Assembly (NCBI GenBank): GCA_964188305.1
Contig: OZ076898.1
DNA length: 64,000 nt
Origin: Podarcis bocagei
Lineage: Eukaryota
Strand: one strand, 5' to 3'
Shown one piece after another: positions 1 to 13,617 of the stretch. The notes under the pieces are model-generated. The model saw only the letters and a program-made list of their open reading frames with translations. It was not told the DNA's origin and made no database searches. The position numbers and the translations under genes were made by a program. Positions within the stretch are counted from its first letter, which is position 1. Every line of letters starts with the position of its first letter.

Positions 1-1082
1 ACATTAATACCAAGCAGAATAGATAACAAAACAATGAGGCTTCCTTTTTAATGGCCAATAAAAGCACTACTATGAGGCACTTGGTGGGTAAGCACCCCTG
101 GTGTCAACACTGTCTATAAATGAGGCCATCCCTGAAAAGGCCCCGTCTCACTTTAAATCATGGCAGACCCCAGGAGAGGATCTCCAAAGGTGATCTTGGT
201 AGATGGACTGGGGAACATTCAGGCTCCTAGGCCTCTGGCTTTCTGGACTGTCTTACAAGCTCCTCCCAGTAAGGTCAGTAATCAGGAACAATGGGAATAT
301 CTGAAGGGCCTCCAGTTGGCCTCAGTTGCCAATGAGGCTGAGAAAGAGGCGGCGAAAGAATCCTTTGCTTCTGTCTCAGCTTGGGAGAAAGCATACAAGG
401 TGCAGAATAGTGTGGAGGGGAGCCTTTGGGATCATGCTATCTGGTGTGGAGGTCAAATCCACCTCCTGCCTCCTTATCATTATCCTGTGCAAATATAGTT
501 GGTATCACCACTAAGTGTGTCAAAGGGGGGGGGGGGATAAAAACCTGAGATGATCCACTTCCTTTCCTCTCACGAGCACCACAGATTGGCTCTTCCCTCC
601 CTTCAACATGATTACCATGTTTGTTCCCCAAATTGCAGGGCGGTGAGGGGGGCTGCAGAAATATCAATGGGTAAGTGTGAGAGAGGTCAGCAGGCTTGCC
701 CCTGTTATCCCCATTGGTAATCATGGTGGGAGGGGGGAGCTGAATAAGGCTCCATTTCTGAATACAAGGGACATGCTCAGGAAGCAGATTAGCAGGCCAG
801 CACCTCCATGGACTGCCTGCTTCTGAGCCAGAACCAGATGGATCTGAGGGAAAGGCTTTTCCTCTAGGAAAGTGCCAAATTAAAAGAGCTTGTAGCTCTG
901 CTTTCCTAGTCAGCTTTTATTATTTGCCTGCAGGAGAAGCCTTGAGAACACAACAGTCGATCCCCTCATCTGGGGGAGCAGGGCGTACCCACATCTCTCT
1001 CCAAACGTCCACAACCCCCACCATCCCTTCCCTCCCCGCCCATCCAAAGAGTCGCCAGTGACAGATTTACCTTGGCGCTTAC

Positions 1083-1210
1083 CTGCTCCGCTTCCTCTTT
1101 GCTCATGGCCAGCGCCAGCTGTAACTGCAGCTCCTCTTCCCCGCTGCTCTGGGGCCAAGCCTGCTCCGCTTCCACTGGGGCATTTGCCAAAGATGAGGAA
1201 GCTGAAGAAG
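1083..1210 (-). CDS. EPN1: Epsin-1 coding exon 3 of those in window (linker plus UIM1: ASSASSSLANAPVEAEQAWPQSSGEEELQLQLALAMSKEEAEQ)
   Basis: Epsin UIM1 motif EEELQLQLALAMSKEEA; acceptor ...tttctcag| and donor CAG|gtaagc; 128 nt, phase 1 to 0, fits the preceding exon. Gene continues beyond position 1. Confidence 0.95.
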
Positions 1211-3262
1211 CTGAGAAACAAGAAAGAGGGTGGGTTAATACCACCAAGGTGGATAGCAGGCAGGAGAAAGAGAAAGTACTATGGGGAGGCAGCGTCACTG
1301 GAGACAGCAAAAAGCAAACCATGGTGTAGTGGTTTTCAGAGGTTTTATTTAGAATAAAGCAATATATAACTTTTGTTAAATACCTGTAAAAAAAATAAAA
1401 ACAGCAGAAGGGCAGGCAAACGGGAATCTACCTTATAGATCTCTGGGTTATTTGCAGTAGATCAGCATGGGGTTCAGAATTTCAAAAGTTAAACAATAGC
1501 AATGTAAAAAAAAATACCACAACTGAATATCTTTTCCCACGGCTGCCCTTGTGCTAAATGCTTCTCTTTCAGCCTCAGTGTAAAACAGAACTATCAAGAC
1601 TATGCTTTTCTGCAAATCAGTGTCAAAGTTTTGTGGTCCTGCTCTATGGTAACTCAGGTGTAGATCTGTATTTGTACACACACAGGTTACCCCGTTGTAT
1701 GCCTCATCAGGGGGTTTAGTGGGTAACTGACTCCATCCCCTCCCAACCCACCACTTTGAATTTGGCTCCAGCTGCTAAGCACATAATGAATCCCACAAGT
1801 TTGCCCTGACTAGACCCAGCTGCCAATCTCTGCTCAGCCAGGGAATGTACAAATGGACAAGCCATAGCTTGGAGAAGGGCACCCAATTAAAACAGCGAGA
1901 AGGGTTTGCAAACAGTTCAGCTCTAACACCAGGGAAGCCTTGGAGTCACGGCTGAAGCATTTCCAAACCTCAGGAAGCTGCCACACCATAGGACTGACTA
2001 TACGAAATCCTTAGCTGCTCAGGGGCCTGAAATTTTACTAATTCTCCACGGCAAAAAGGGACCCACTACAGAAAATGTGGGCATGCAGTTAACTGGCGGC
2101 AGGTTACGTTTCTCTGCCCCACAATCTCTCCAGGCCCCTTGTATTCTGGGCTCTGATGGTTCTGTGAGCTCAGTGGATTCCTGAGCAGCTAGCACTGACT
2201 TTGGCCTCCTGAGAGTATGAACATATTTTATTTTTCGAGTTTTTCCAGGCTGGGAGCTGTCCCTTGCAACTTTGTCAAACACCGTGCGGAGTGTAATAAT
2301 AAAAAAGAAATCCTTTTTAACCTTATCATCTGCTCTGAGCCAACGGGATAAACCGCGATCAGTTTTAGAAATTTGCAGAAATTGTGGAAAAGCAGGTGGA
2401 CATTTCCCCTAACCACTAGTAGGAGGCACACCTGACTGCAGCATGAGGTTCACATTTGATACATGTCAGCAATTAGCATGCGCAGGAGAGGGGTGGGGAA
2501 ATAAGGACCCTGGTTCCGCTAACAGCACATGGATGGAACAGCCGTCACACCGTGGAAGATCCAGCCCTAGTCTCTGGCCGAACCTTGGCAGAGATGGCTG
2601 GGGGTGGTGACAGAGAGGAGAGAGGAGAATGGCCCAGCCGCTGTGCCATGACCTGAATAGAAGTCTTCCCCACCCCCTAGACAGCCTGGCACCAACTGCC
2701 ATCCCTCATTAGTGCAGGGATGCAGGCGACCGCACAAAGCAGTGTCATGGAGGTGGGATTCCGGCCATGGCTGAGACGGAGGTGGCCGAGGGAGGAAAGG
2801 GAGAGCAGTGGCTTTCCCTGCTATAGTCAAGGTCATTACAGTTTTCCTCCATTATCGCCGCTGCCACCACCACTTTCTCCTCAAGGGAACAAGTTCTGCC
2901 AGCCTGGTACATGGATCTACCCTCAAAAGAGGAACTTGCCTGCCAGATGATTCACTAATCTTGCTCTGTGGGCATGTTTTCCCTGTCAGAGGGAAACCCG
3001 GCAGGGAACTGTTGAGTGTGTGTCTCTCTCACACACACGCCCGGCCGAAAAACATTCAACAGGACTAGACCAAATTCCTCTCACAAACGGGAGGCTGCAA
3101 GCTTTTGAGCTCTGTGTCAGCTAACGGGAAAGTTATTTTGCCCACTGGGAAAAGGTTTTGTGTAACCGACGCTTGTGTGCTCTTCAGATAACAGGCGCAA
3201 ATCTGTCAAAATGTACAGGGCATATTTGGAGAGCTCGGTCTCTCCCACATCTCATCCTTGAC

Positions 3263-3325
<63 letters not shown>
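3263..3325. repeat. (GAAA)n microsatellite
   Basis: About 15 tandem GAAA units. Confidence 0.97.
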
Positions 3326-3326
<1 letters not shown>

Positions 3327-6090
3327 GGTAGATTGGAATGGAAAGGAGCAAAAATGTAATTATCTCCGATGAACTAAGGGGAGTCATTGGCATATTTTAG
3401 CCTTGCTCGGGAACAAGTCCCGTCTGTTCAGTGGAGAAATGAGATACTTATTCCCAAACCTGACTGAGCTGCCACTTAATGGCTTTCTAGAGCCACACTG
3501 AGCCGTTTTGTGGGCCTGGGGAAGGGCTTAGTAAACACCAAATGTGTGGCTTCCTAGGCCTCTAAGCAGACTCATATAGGCCCTGCAGTTGCCTAGCAAC
3601 CACAGAATGTTCATCATCTATGCTGGGCTCATCAAAATGGCAGACTGGGGATGAGGGTGCAATTGAGGGGGGAAGAATAGTATATAAAGGGATGGGAAAC
3701 AATGTGTGAATTTGGGAAACGGAAAAGGGTGATAAAAGAGCAGAAGTTGGGCTGTCAAGGTGTGGACTTTTAGGGATTCCCTCAACCTGGAACTATCCAG
3801 AGTGCTTACGTGCCCTTTTGGAACCTGTCTGGCTATTCCAATTAACAACTTAAGGGGGTGGAATCACTGTGGCTTTATTATATAAGCCCAAAGAAAGAGA
3901 TGGTAGGCTAGAGAGTCAGTTCTCTGCAAGACCAAAGGAGAACACTTCTTGTAGGGCTGGGCTTAAAGCTCAACTGATATGACACACCCAGCATGAAAGC
4001 AGGTTCTGAATCAAGAGTTAGGATGACTAAAATCAAAGGCAAAGAGCTCAATTCATTTGCAGTTGTTTCTTAATGTCTTCCAAGCCACGTGGAAGGCTCC
4101 AGCAACTACCCTTTTGAGAAACAGTTTCTGGCTCCATCCAAGCTTCAGTCCACACACTTTGTCCTCCGAAGAGCTAATGAGGAAGCCTCAGGCCTAAACC
4201 ACCAATGCTGCGAGTACTAGGGACAGGCTGGGGTGGGAAGAAGAGGAAGAGAAAAATGGAACTTCTAATCTGCAACAGCAGCAGAATTCAGAACAAGCCA
4301 GATCAAGGAATCAAGAAGCCGCTTTAGAACAGATCAGGCTATTTGTCCATCTAGCCCACAGTATTGTCTACTTCAGCTGTTGGGAACCCATGGCCTTCCA
4401 GCTGTGGCTGAACGCTGACTCCCTTCAGCCTTGGCCATTGGCCAGGCTTGCTGGGGCTGATGGGATTTATCGTTTAGCCACAACTGGAGGGCCAAAAGTT
4501 CCCCCACACCTATTTTACTCTGCCTGGCAGTAGCTCCCCAGCATCTCAGGCGGAACGAGGTCTCTCTCAGCACCTGATATACAACTCGTTTAAGTGAGAT
4601 ATGCCAGGAGTTGAACCCAAGACAAAGCACACGCTCGACCACTGAGATATGGCCTCCTCTCTTACTGCAAAATCAGAACTTGGGGTCACCCAATATACCT
4701 GACTGACGTGATGGTGGCAGCTATTTTAAAATAAAAAGTGCTCTCTACTCTCTCTGCCCACTCTCTGCTTTTCTCTTCAGGATAACCTGCCTTGTTCTGG
4801 GTCCTCCTGTCCTATCCCAGCCCAAAATCACCGCAGGGATCCTGATACATCCAAGAGTGAGAGGCTAATGTTCAGGACTATCGTAGGCTGAGTGGAACTG
4901 CTTCTGCTGCTTTTTATTTATCTGCGGTTGTGATTTTATAGTTTTAAAGTCTATAGTCCACTTTAGAAGCGACTGCATTCAGGAATTTATTGTATTGTAT
5001 TTCAATCAATGGGCTTAGGAATGAGATCAGGTGGTCTGTGTGATTGAAGCATTGGACTTTGGGTGTTCACCAGAAGAATAAATAGCAGCAGACTGGCTTT
5101 CTGCACGTCGAGGGTGGGGGTGTTTCTAAGTGGGAATACGGATAAGGGGTAAATGATAAGCTCATTCAGTATGGGCTGTAGCCCTTTTAGCAGACTGGAA
5201 GACAGAAATTCCCCCTGCCTCTTGCTTATTACATACCTCTAATGTTTAACCAATTCCTCATAATTCTGCTGAGCAGTTTAGAATAGGAAGCAAAAGCTAC
5301 TCCCATTTCCTTATCTCATTCTGCCCTGCCAGGCACTTTGCAAACAACAGAGTTGGAATTTGATCTGGGGGTTATCAAAATGGAAAGGGGGCACTGACAG
5401 ATCACGGAGGCCTGTAACTCAGCCTCTGAGCCTGGCGACCCGCCAAGTTCAAGAGGGAGGGGAAAGTGGTTCTGCAGAGCCAGAGCCACCTTTTATCAGG
5501 GATGAGCGGCTGTCTCTGACATATCAGCAGGTAACATTTCAGGAGAACCAACAGGGAGCAACATAGGGATGGGCCCCAAATACCTTCCCAGGACAACGTC
5601 AAGGAACAACCCAAGAGAGGAACATGTGGTTTTTCTTCTATCCAGTATCCTCACAGAAGAGTCTTCTGTGCACCATCTTCTAATCTCTCCAGCCTCCTTT
5701 CCCAAGCTGCTGCTCTCCAGGCGGTTTTGGACTGAGGCTGCCGTCAGTCCTAGCCAGCAAAGCTGTGAGCACCAGGTTGCGGAAGGCTACTCCATGGGAA
5801 CAACCCACTATTTTGCCAAGGGAGGATATATTTTCCACCATGAGTGGTCTGGTGGCCAGAAGAACCCAGCTTCCTGTTCCTGTCCAGACTGTCAAGCTGT
5901 GCAATAAAAATATTATATCCACATCACACTTTCCTCCCATGAGGAAAGTCCAGTGGCATGCCTAAAACTCCCAGACAATTACTGACCAGGCCTGAACCTG
6001 CTTTACAGCTGTGTCATCTGGCTCAGATGATGCCCTGGTCTGGTATGACCTAGCACTAAAGAGTTTTCCAGCTACAGAAAGCGCCAACAC

Positions 6091-6226
6091 CAGACATCCC
6101 CAAACTTGGCCCCCCAGATGTTTTGGGACTACAGTTCCCATCATCCCTGACCACTGGTCCTTTTAGCTAGGGATGATGGGAGTTGTAGTCCCAAAACATC
6201 TGGAGAGCTGAGTTTTGGGGTGCCTG
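6091..6226. mobile_element. Palindromic hAT-type MITE
   Basis: 136-bp near-palindrome CAG...CCTG; imperfect 8-bp TSD gccaacac/acctacac. Confidence 0.75.
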
Positions 6227-7781
6227 ACCTACACAGAAGGTGAGAAGCTATTTCAGTACAGAGGAAGAAGGCCTGGGGAACTATCATTCTTCATTAGAAC
6301 ATAAGAAATGCTCTGCTGGATCAGACCAATGGCCCATCTAGTCCAGCATCCTATTCTCACAGTGACCAATTCAGATGCCTGTGGGAAGCATGCAAGCAGG
6401 ACCTGAGCATAACGGCAACTCGCTCTGCCTGCAGTTTCCTGCAACTGGTATTCAGAGGCATATCAGTACCTTCCTCAAGGACTCACCTCAAGGTGCTAAC
6501 TAGCAGTGGACCTTTGGTCTTCCCAGCCTGAGCAGGTGGTGGCAGGAGAACAGCGCAAGCACAAACCCACACATTCCATTGCTGATTTTCCTTACAAACA
6601 GAATGATGCACACTTCTGCCTAACTGAACCTTGTTTAACGCTCCTCACCTCAGTTTGTTTTCCAGGTGGATCTGGCCCACGGACTGCCGTTGAGCCATTC
6701 CTGCTATAGGAGACCTGTATAGGAGCACCACCTAGGAACAGGCCTTTCAAGCCTGAAGGATCTACATTGAGTGTTTGGGGTTGTTTTTCACTAGAACCCC
6801 CAAGATCCACTAACTGGAGCCTAGTGCAAAAGATGGACATTGGGCATTAAACCCATGCTGAGCACTGGGATTAGTTCTGAAAAGCAGAAGAAAAGTGAGC
6901 TCCTTCTCCTTCCTAACAAACATTCACTCCTGGTTATAGCCACTGCCCCCAAGCATTCTTTGTGCCAGTGGTATAATTTGGAAGGGGATCGTTTTGTTGT
7001 TGCCACTGTTAAACAATTGGGAGTCAGAAATCTTTGTTATCTATCTCAATTCAGTGGTGATATATTAACAGGTTCCAATTCACCTTCTGCCTACCCCTGC
7101 CTTAGACCCCAAACAGTCCACTCTTAACTCAATTGGGAGGCGGTCAAGGGAGAGCTCACACCTCCCCTTCTAACTGCTTGTGCTCGCTACAAATGACATT
7201 TGAAAAATCATTTCTATATAAAAATGTTTATCCCATCCCCCTTGAGTTGGGTTTTATGGAGTGTGCCTTGCAGTTTGGTTGTGCATGGGGGAGTTGAGCG
7301 TATCCTAACCATATGATTCACACAACAACCCTGCACAATAACTTAGGCCAGGGTAGCAGATGTGTTGCCCTTCAGATGGTGTCTGACTCCAACTCCCATC
7401 AGCCCCAGCCAGCATGGCTAAGGGTTAGGAATGATGGGAGCTGTCGTCCATCAGCGTCTGGAGCCTACCACACTGGCCATTCCTGAGCTTAGAGAAACAG
7501 CAACTGCCCTGAAGTTGCACAGTGAATTTCACAGCTATGTAGTGATTTGAACCTGCTTATACTCCATCCCAGCCAATGTGGTACCCTCCAGATGTTTTGG
7601 ACCACAACTCCCATCAGTCCCCCACACGGGCTGGCTGGGGTCTGAAGTCTCAAACATCTGGAGGGCAGCAGGTTGGCAATGGCTGCTCTTAACAGCCATA
7701 CAGGCTCCACAACCCATCTTAACAGCTTGGGCAACACTTGCCAGCCTGACTGAGGCCACCCGGCTGGGAATGAGCACTCAC

Positions 7782-8031
7782 CGGTCGCAGTCTGGGCCAG
7801 CTTCTCCTTGGTTTTGAGGGCATGGGCCCGCTCCTCCTTGAGACGCTCGTCGTCTTTGAGGAGAGCCACTAGCTGCTTGGCCTTCTCCCGCACGTTGACT
7901 CCCTGGTCCTTGCCATCGCGGTCAACGTACTGGAAGTCTTTTAGCGTCTGGATGGCGTAGATGTTCTCCTTGCATTGCTGCGCCACCCGCTCCGAGCCCG
8001 TCTTGATCAGGTATTCCATCAGAGTCATAGC
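7782..8031 (-). CDS. EPN1: Epsin-1 coding exon 2 (C-terminal half of ENTH domain)
   Basis: AMTLMEYLIKTGSERVAQQCKENIYAIQTLKDFQYVDRDGKDQGVNVREKAKQLVALLKDDERLKEERAHALKTKEKLAQTAT; ttcttccag| acceptor and |gtgagt donor; 250 nt. Confidence 0.97.
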
Positions 8032-8866
8032 CTGGAAGAAGAGGGAGAAAAAAACAGGCTTCCAGCTCACCTGATCCCTGGCATTGCTGGCTGAATGGCA
8101 ACAAACATACAGAAGGTGCCAGGATGAGAAAGGTCATTCAAGTATTACAGGAGAGGGAGAAAAGATTGTGCGTAATTCTTCACAGAAGTAGAGTGGTGGA
8201 AGAGGCCCAAAGCACTAGCCAGAGGGGCTTCTAAAAATGAGATCTAACATTTGTCCGATACCAAATCAGAACAAATGTTCCAATAAGGCCAGAACAGATA
8301 ACTCCCCAACTGGCAGAGACTCTAGTCCAAGGACCCTGGCCTTCTCAGCCTTGTGCCAGCCAAGATCCTTCAGCACTTCTCTTCAAAACTTTCACTTGTC
8401 ACTCTGCAACCATGAGGCTTCAATTTGGAGAACCACTGGAAAGTAGCAACGTCGTCAGTTCCACCAGATATAGGAAAGCTCACACCATGGAGAAGCAAGC
8501 ACAGGCAAGGCGCTGGGGGAGCTCAAGGTTTTATATTTCCTGGTGCAATGGAAAACTCATGGCTGTTTCCCTGCAGCTGAGAAAACGTCTCTGTGCCTTT
8601 CTGATCTGGCCTTGCTGCCCCATCTGGCAGTAAACCCCCCCCCCCAAACATGTGGTCCCCTACAGGTCACCAAAACCCAAACCCTGCCCTTGTCTGGGAA
8701 AAGGCTGCCTATCGCTGCTTCACCCCAAGTTGCCTGGGCCTGAAATTGAGGCCTCAAACAGGCAAAGGGCATGTGCTACAACTGAGCTAAGTAACCTCCC
8801 TCGATTTGGCAGAGCTGCCTTTCATGACCAAGGGAAACTGAATCCACCACCGCCCGAGCTCGTTAC

Positions 8867-9094
8867 CTTATAGACATGACGCCAGTTTTTGCCGTGGTCG
8901 TTGAGACGCTTCCAGATCATGCTCATGATTTCGGAGAAGGCCACCACGTTGTAAGTGAGGTCTGCGATTTCAGACATGAGGGAGCTGGACGGGCCCCAAG
9001 GGTCGTTGGACGTGGCCTCCCGCACCTTGATCTCCGCCTCAGAGTAGTTGTGCACGATGTTCTTCATCTGGCGGCGCAGCGAGGAGGTCGACAT
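8867..9094 (-). CDS. EPN1: Epsin-1 first coding segment (ENTH N-terminus, helix 0)
   Basis: gccgccATG Kozak context; MSTSSLRRQMKNIVHNYSEAEIKVREATSNDPWGPSSSLMSEIADLTYNVVAFSEIMSMIWKRLNDHGKNWRHVYK; donor AAG|gtaacg; 228 nt. The exon probably starts at acceptor ctcttgccag| (9331). Confidence 0.98.
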
Positions 9095-12000
9095 GGCGGC
9101 GGCTGTCAGAGTGGGCAACGGGGAGGGCGGCCTCCCCTTTCCCCAAGCTTCCCGTTGACGGCTTTGAGACGGGCCCGGCTTACGCCAGGAGAGGAGGCCT
9201 CCCGGGTCCCGGCTGGCTTCCCGAGGGGCGAGGCCACCGCAGCCGCCCTGGTGCTGCTTGGCTGAGGGTCCCTAGTGTGCCGCGGGCACCCTCCGAAGCC
9301 ATCCAGGCATGGCAGCCATTCCAAGACGCGCCTGGCAAGAGAAGGAGAGCAACTTTTTAGTCTGTGGTAAGAGAAACGGTCCCCTTCTCCAAGGCTTTGC
9401 TGCTTCAATCTGTATCTCTCATTCTGATAACTCGTAAAGGATCCAGAAGAAGCCACCCTCTCCCTCAGACCAAAGGAAGTCCTCTTCCGCCCCTTCCTCT
9501 TTTCTAAGAACTCTCCCTATCTTTCCACATTATATCAAGCTTCTCCACACATTCTTGAGGGCTAGACACTTTAGAAGTAAACAAAACCAGGAGAGGGGGG
9601 ATTCAGAACTTCTGCTGTTCAATAGCCGGGTAAGAGTTTCCTGTTCTGGATTGGAAGCAAAAAGTCTCCAGTCCAGCACTTCAAACAGCGGCGAACAACG
9701 CCCGCCTCCCCGGGCAGCCTTCCCCAGCCTTGGCTCTCCAGAGTTTGGTGGACTACAACCCCCATCGTTCCCAAGCAGCAATGTCAGGGATGATGGGATT
9801 TGCAGTCTAACAATTTTTGGAGATCCAACCTGTTGGGATGTGGGAGGCTGGCCCAGAGAGTGTCACACCCAGCCCTGTTTAGGGACGGGGTGGGGAGAAG
9901 ATGGGGAAAGATGAATGATGCATGCCATACCCTCCCTCTGATCAAAGGAGCATCAGGCTCCAGGATCAAGATCCACTGTTCAGAAAATTTATTTTACATT
10001 TTTATTCCATGCTTCCTCCAAAAAGCTGAGGGTGACTTAAATAGTTCCCTCCTTTTATCCTCACAACTGCCTTGTAGAATAGGTCAGGCCAACATACAGC
10101 AACCAGCCCTAGGCCACTCCGGAAAGCTATATAAGCCAGCAAGGAGTTGAACCTCAGTCCTCCTCCCCTCCCCAATTATTTCATAACGTAACAGGAAAAA
10201 ACACCCAAATAACTAATAAACCACCACACGCATTGCCAGATGACGTTAGCAATAAGAATATTCCACCAGTCTCGATTTAAACATATAAAGTAACACAGGC
10301 AGGCCAAATGAAATTGGTGATGATAAGCCATGCTTTCAAACATAGAAAGGGCAGCGCGGTATTCAGTCCACTGGGTGATAGATGGTAGATGTTTGTGTGA
10401 TTGCCCTAGTCTTAAGCCTAGCACTCCAGCAACTACACATACATGCACACATACACAATATACACTTCCCTCAAGCTTCCTATCATCACGTACGGGATTC
10501 AACAATCTCTCTCCGCACCTGTGGACTAGGCAAAGCTCTCGGGGTCTCTAGGAAGTGACAAGCTGCTGGGAGCCGAGAGGAGCTGGGGCTGGAAGATGTG
10601 CAACTCGCCGCATTTGTCCCAAACCCATCCGCTGCTTCCTGGAGCCCCTGGCCCTGCCTGACCCCCAAACATTCTTAAACGTCAAAAGGAAGGAAGTCCA
10701 CATTGCTGAGGAATGAGTCACTGTGGCCAGATTCTGGAAACTTCCACCTTCCACCCCTTTCCGGTTTTTCTCTACGCTGCCTCCAAGCCGTAGAATTCCG
10801 AAACAGGCACACTGGAGGCGGCTGAAGAAGATCCATTGGGAGAGGGAGGGGTCTCACACCCTGACCCTAAGAGGACAGGCATCTGAGACCACCACATCGT
10901 GGCATGTGTGCAACACTCAGCTGAATGGAGCTTAGCTTAGTGGTGCTCCTGGCTTAGGAACCAGCGGCTATAAATCACTGCACCAATGTGGCTCCCCACC
11001 CACCACCTACTCGTGCTAGTTGGATCAGACTATAGTCTCTAAGATCTCAGTAAAAGGGGACTTTTCAAGGATCCCAAGGTGGCCTTTGTTAAAGATAGCT
11101 TACAATTTTGTAAAGAAAAGTTTTTAAAGTTGGAAAGAAAGGCCATCATAATTATTTTATTCATCAACCTGTACGGGGAGATGGAATAACCCGTTATATA
11201 ATAAGCCACCAAAATGACAACATCCAGAGAGCCACATATTCCCCATCCCCGATGTAGAAAGATTTATTCAACATCAACTTTAGCCAAGCACTGATTTCTT
11301 AACGGTTAGAAGGAAATCCACTGAGAAAGTATGGTGTAGTGGTTCAAACATTTATTATGCTTAACCCTTTTCGCCAAGGAACCCAGGGCAGTGGGCTCTC
11401 TGCCCTCTCACAACAACCCTGTGAGGTAGCTCAGGCTGACAGGTAGTGACTGGTCCCAGCTCACCTATGGTGAGTGAGGATTTGAACTCAAGACTCCCCC
11501 AACTCAAGGGTTCAACCCAGGCACAGCCTACATGATGCCCTCCACGTTTCTGGACTAGAATTTCCATTATCCCTGAAGCTGGGAGCCCAACAATGTCTGG
11601 TGAGTGCCCTGTTGGCAACCCCTGCTCTAACCACTACTCCACATTGTCTCCTCTTTTATTCAGTTCTGTTCTGTTGCTTCAACTGTGTGGAAAGGTGGGT
11701 TAAAGCTTCCCTGAACAAACCCGATCCACTGCCCCCCCACCTGCGTTCATCCCAATGTCTCTGAACTTGGCCAGAACCCCAACTCCAAAAACCCTCTCAA
11801 AGAACAAAGGCCCTCCCTCCTTCACACTCCCTACCGAACAGTTTCCAAGGACAGCTACTTTTGCTAAGGGAAATGGGCCGAAAGCCTCTGTTACGGGCAC
11901 TTGTTTCCCCGCCATCATTTTTTAAAATCTCCCTTCTGCCCTCCCTTCCTCCTCCTGCATCCCAGTGTCTGGCAAGAGAACGGAATGGTTACTTGGACTA

Positions 12001-12810
12001 CTAACAAAGCCTCTGGGATAAGAGATTCCACCCCTGCCAGTGTCTCGCATTTGATGAAAACTCTTAAACAATGAAAAACATGGTATTGCGAATCCAAGTG
12101 ACATTTGCAGATAACTGGAGAGAGATAAAATAGTTTTCCTTGACGAAACGAGGAAAATAACTGGTTGGATGTGTGTGTGGGGGGGTGGTACTTATGAATT
12201 CATTGTGGGAGTTTAGATGAAACAGTACCACTAAATCGCTGTATCCTTACTGTAGACAGCAGGGATTACAATCCAATTAGACTCCAGATTTTTCAAGTTA
12301 ACTAGCAAACTGACTGCAATGATGCTTCCCGCTCTGACAAAGGCATCTGTCTGAGCCCTGCCTCCTGTCTGTTTTCACTCCATCCGGACACCATGGAAAA
12401 CCGCTACTGCCATCTGGGTTAGATGGACCAGAGGTCTAACTTCATAGGAAAGCATGTGTAGAATCTTGCATCCAACACAGAATGCGGTGACCCATGGAGG
12501 TCCTAGAAAGAATGTCAGGGTTTTTTAAATTAGCAAGTTGCTAGACCTCATGAATTAAGAGAAAGGCTGCTTCTACGAGTTTATTATCAGTCAGCTTCTT
12601 AGCCCATCTGAAATTCTTTTTGCCTTCTTTCTCTCTGGAGGCGAACCCTGACAGTATTACCGGCGGCCTCTGCCACACCTCAACATAACCCTTTTAATTG
12701 TGATCTGCCTTGCAAGCCAATCTAGACTTGAAAGGGGAATACATGATGGTAAAATAATGGATGTGCCTATATATCTGAACGCATGCAATGTCTGAGAGAA
12801 GTTTCTGTGC

Positions 12811-13617
12811 CTTGCAATGGATTTTGGGTACAACATTGAGTATGACGCTTGGGTAAAACTGTGGAATGAGAGTATAAAATTTACAGCATGAACCACCTTA
12901 AGAAAGAATATAATGAAAATGATGTATCGTTGGTATTTGACACCTGTTAAATTGGCGAGAATGTATAGGATGAGTAGTAAGACATGTTGGATATGTAAAG
13001 ATATAGATGGAGATTTTTACCACATCTAGTGGACATGTGAGAAAACGAAACAGTTTTGGGAACTGATTTATAACGAATTGAAAAAGATATTCAAATACAC
13101 TTTTCCAAAAAAGCCAGAAGCTTTTTTGCTAGGCTTGATGGGAGAGGAAATAGAAAAAGCAGATCAAAGGTTCTTTATGTATGCTATGACTGCTGCCAGA
13201 ACTTTGTTAGCCCAAAAATGGAAAGTACAAGATTTACCAACAATAGAGGAGTGGCAGACGAAGATGGTGGATTATGTGGAACTAGCAAAACTGACCTGCA
13301 AGATCCGAAATCAGGAGGAAACAAAATTCCAAAGAGATTGGAGTAAATTTATGGACTATATAAATAATAACTGTAGAAATCTGAAGACTCTGGCAGGACT
13401 GAAATAAATCTTATGACATAGACTGCCTGGGTATAAGAAGAAACTGGGGGTAAGGTGACTGAAGCAAGAAAACCTGTTGAAGGGAGGGAGGGAAGTCAAT
13501 GTTCAGCAGAGTGTTGGGAAAGAATGTGGGTAAATGACTGTTGAACATTATTGTAATTTGTTTGTTGGTATTAAAGGAAAAACCAATAAAAAGTTTTTTT
13601 GTGTTTTTTTTAAAAAA
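12811..13617 (+). mobile_element. 5'-truncated L1/Tx1-type LINE (ORF2 C-terminal zinc-binding region, 3'UTR, A/T tail)
   Basis: RWYLTP...CWICK...FYHI*WTC...FW with in-frame stops; AATAAA and tail; 16-bp TSD agagaagtttctg(t/c)gc at 12795-12810 and 13618-13633. Confidence 0.9.

Noticed and set aside
2852-2982. Possible alternative terminal EPN1 exon (acceptor at 2982)
   Set aside because: The resulting peptide looks random and only a generic acceptor motif supports it.
8876-9265. 129-aa ORF antisense to the EPN1 ATG exon
   Set aside because: Shadow of GC-rich coding sequence.
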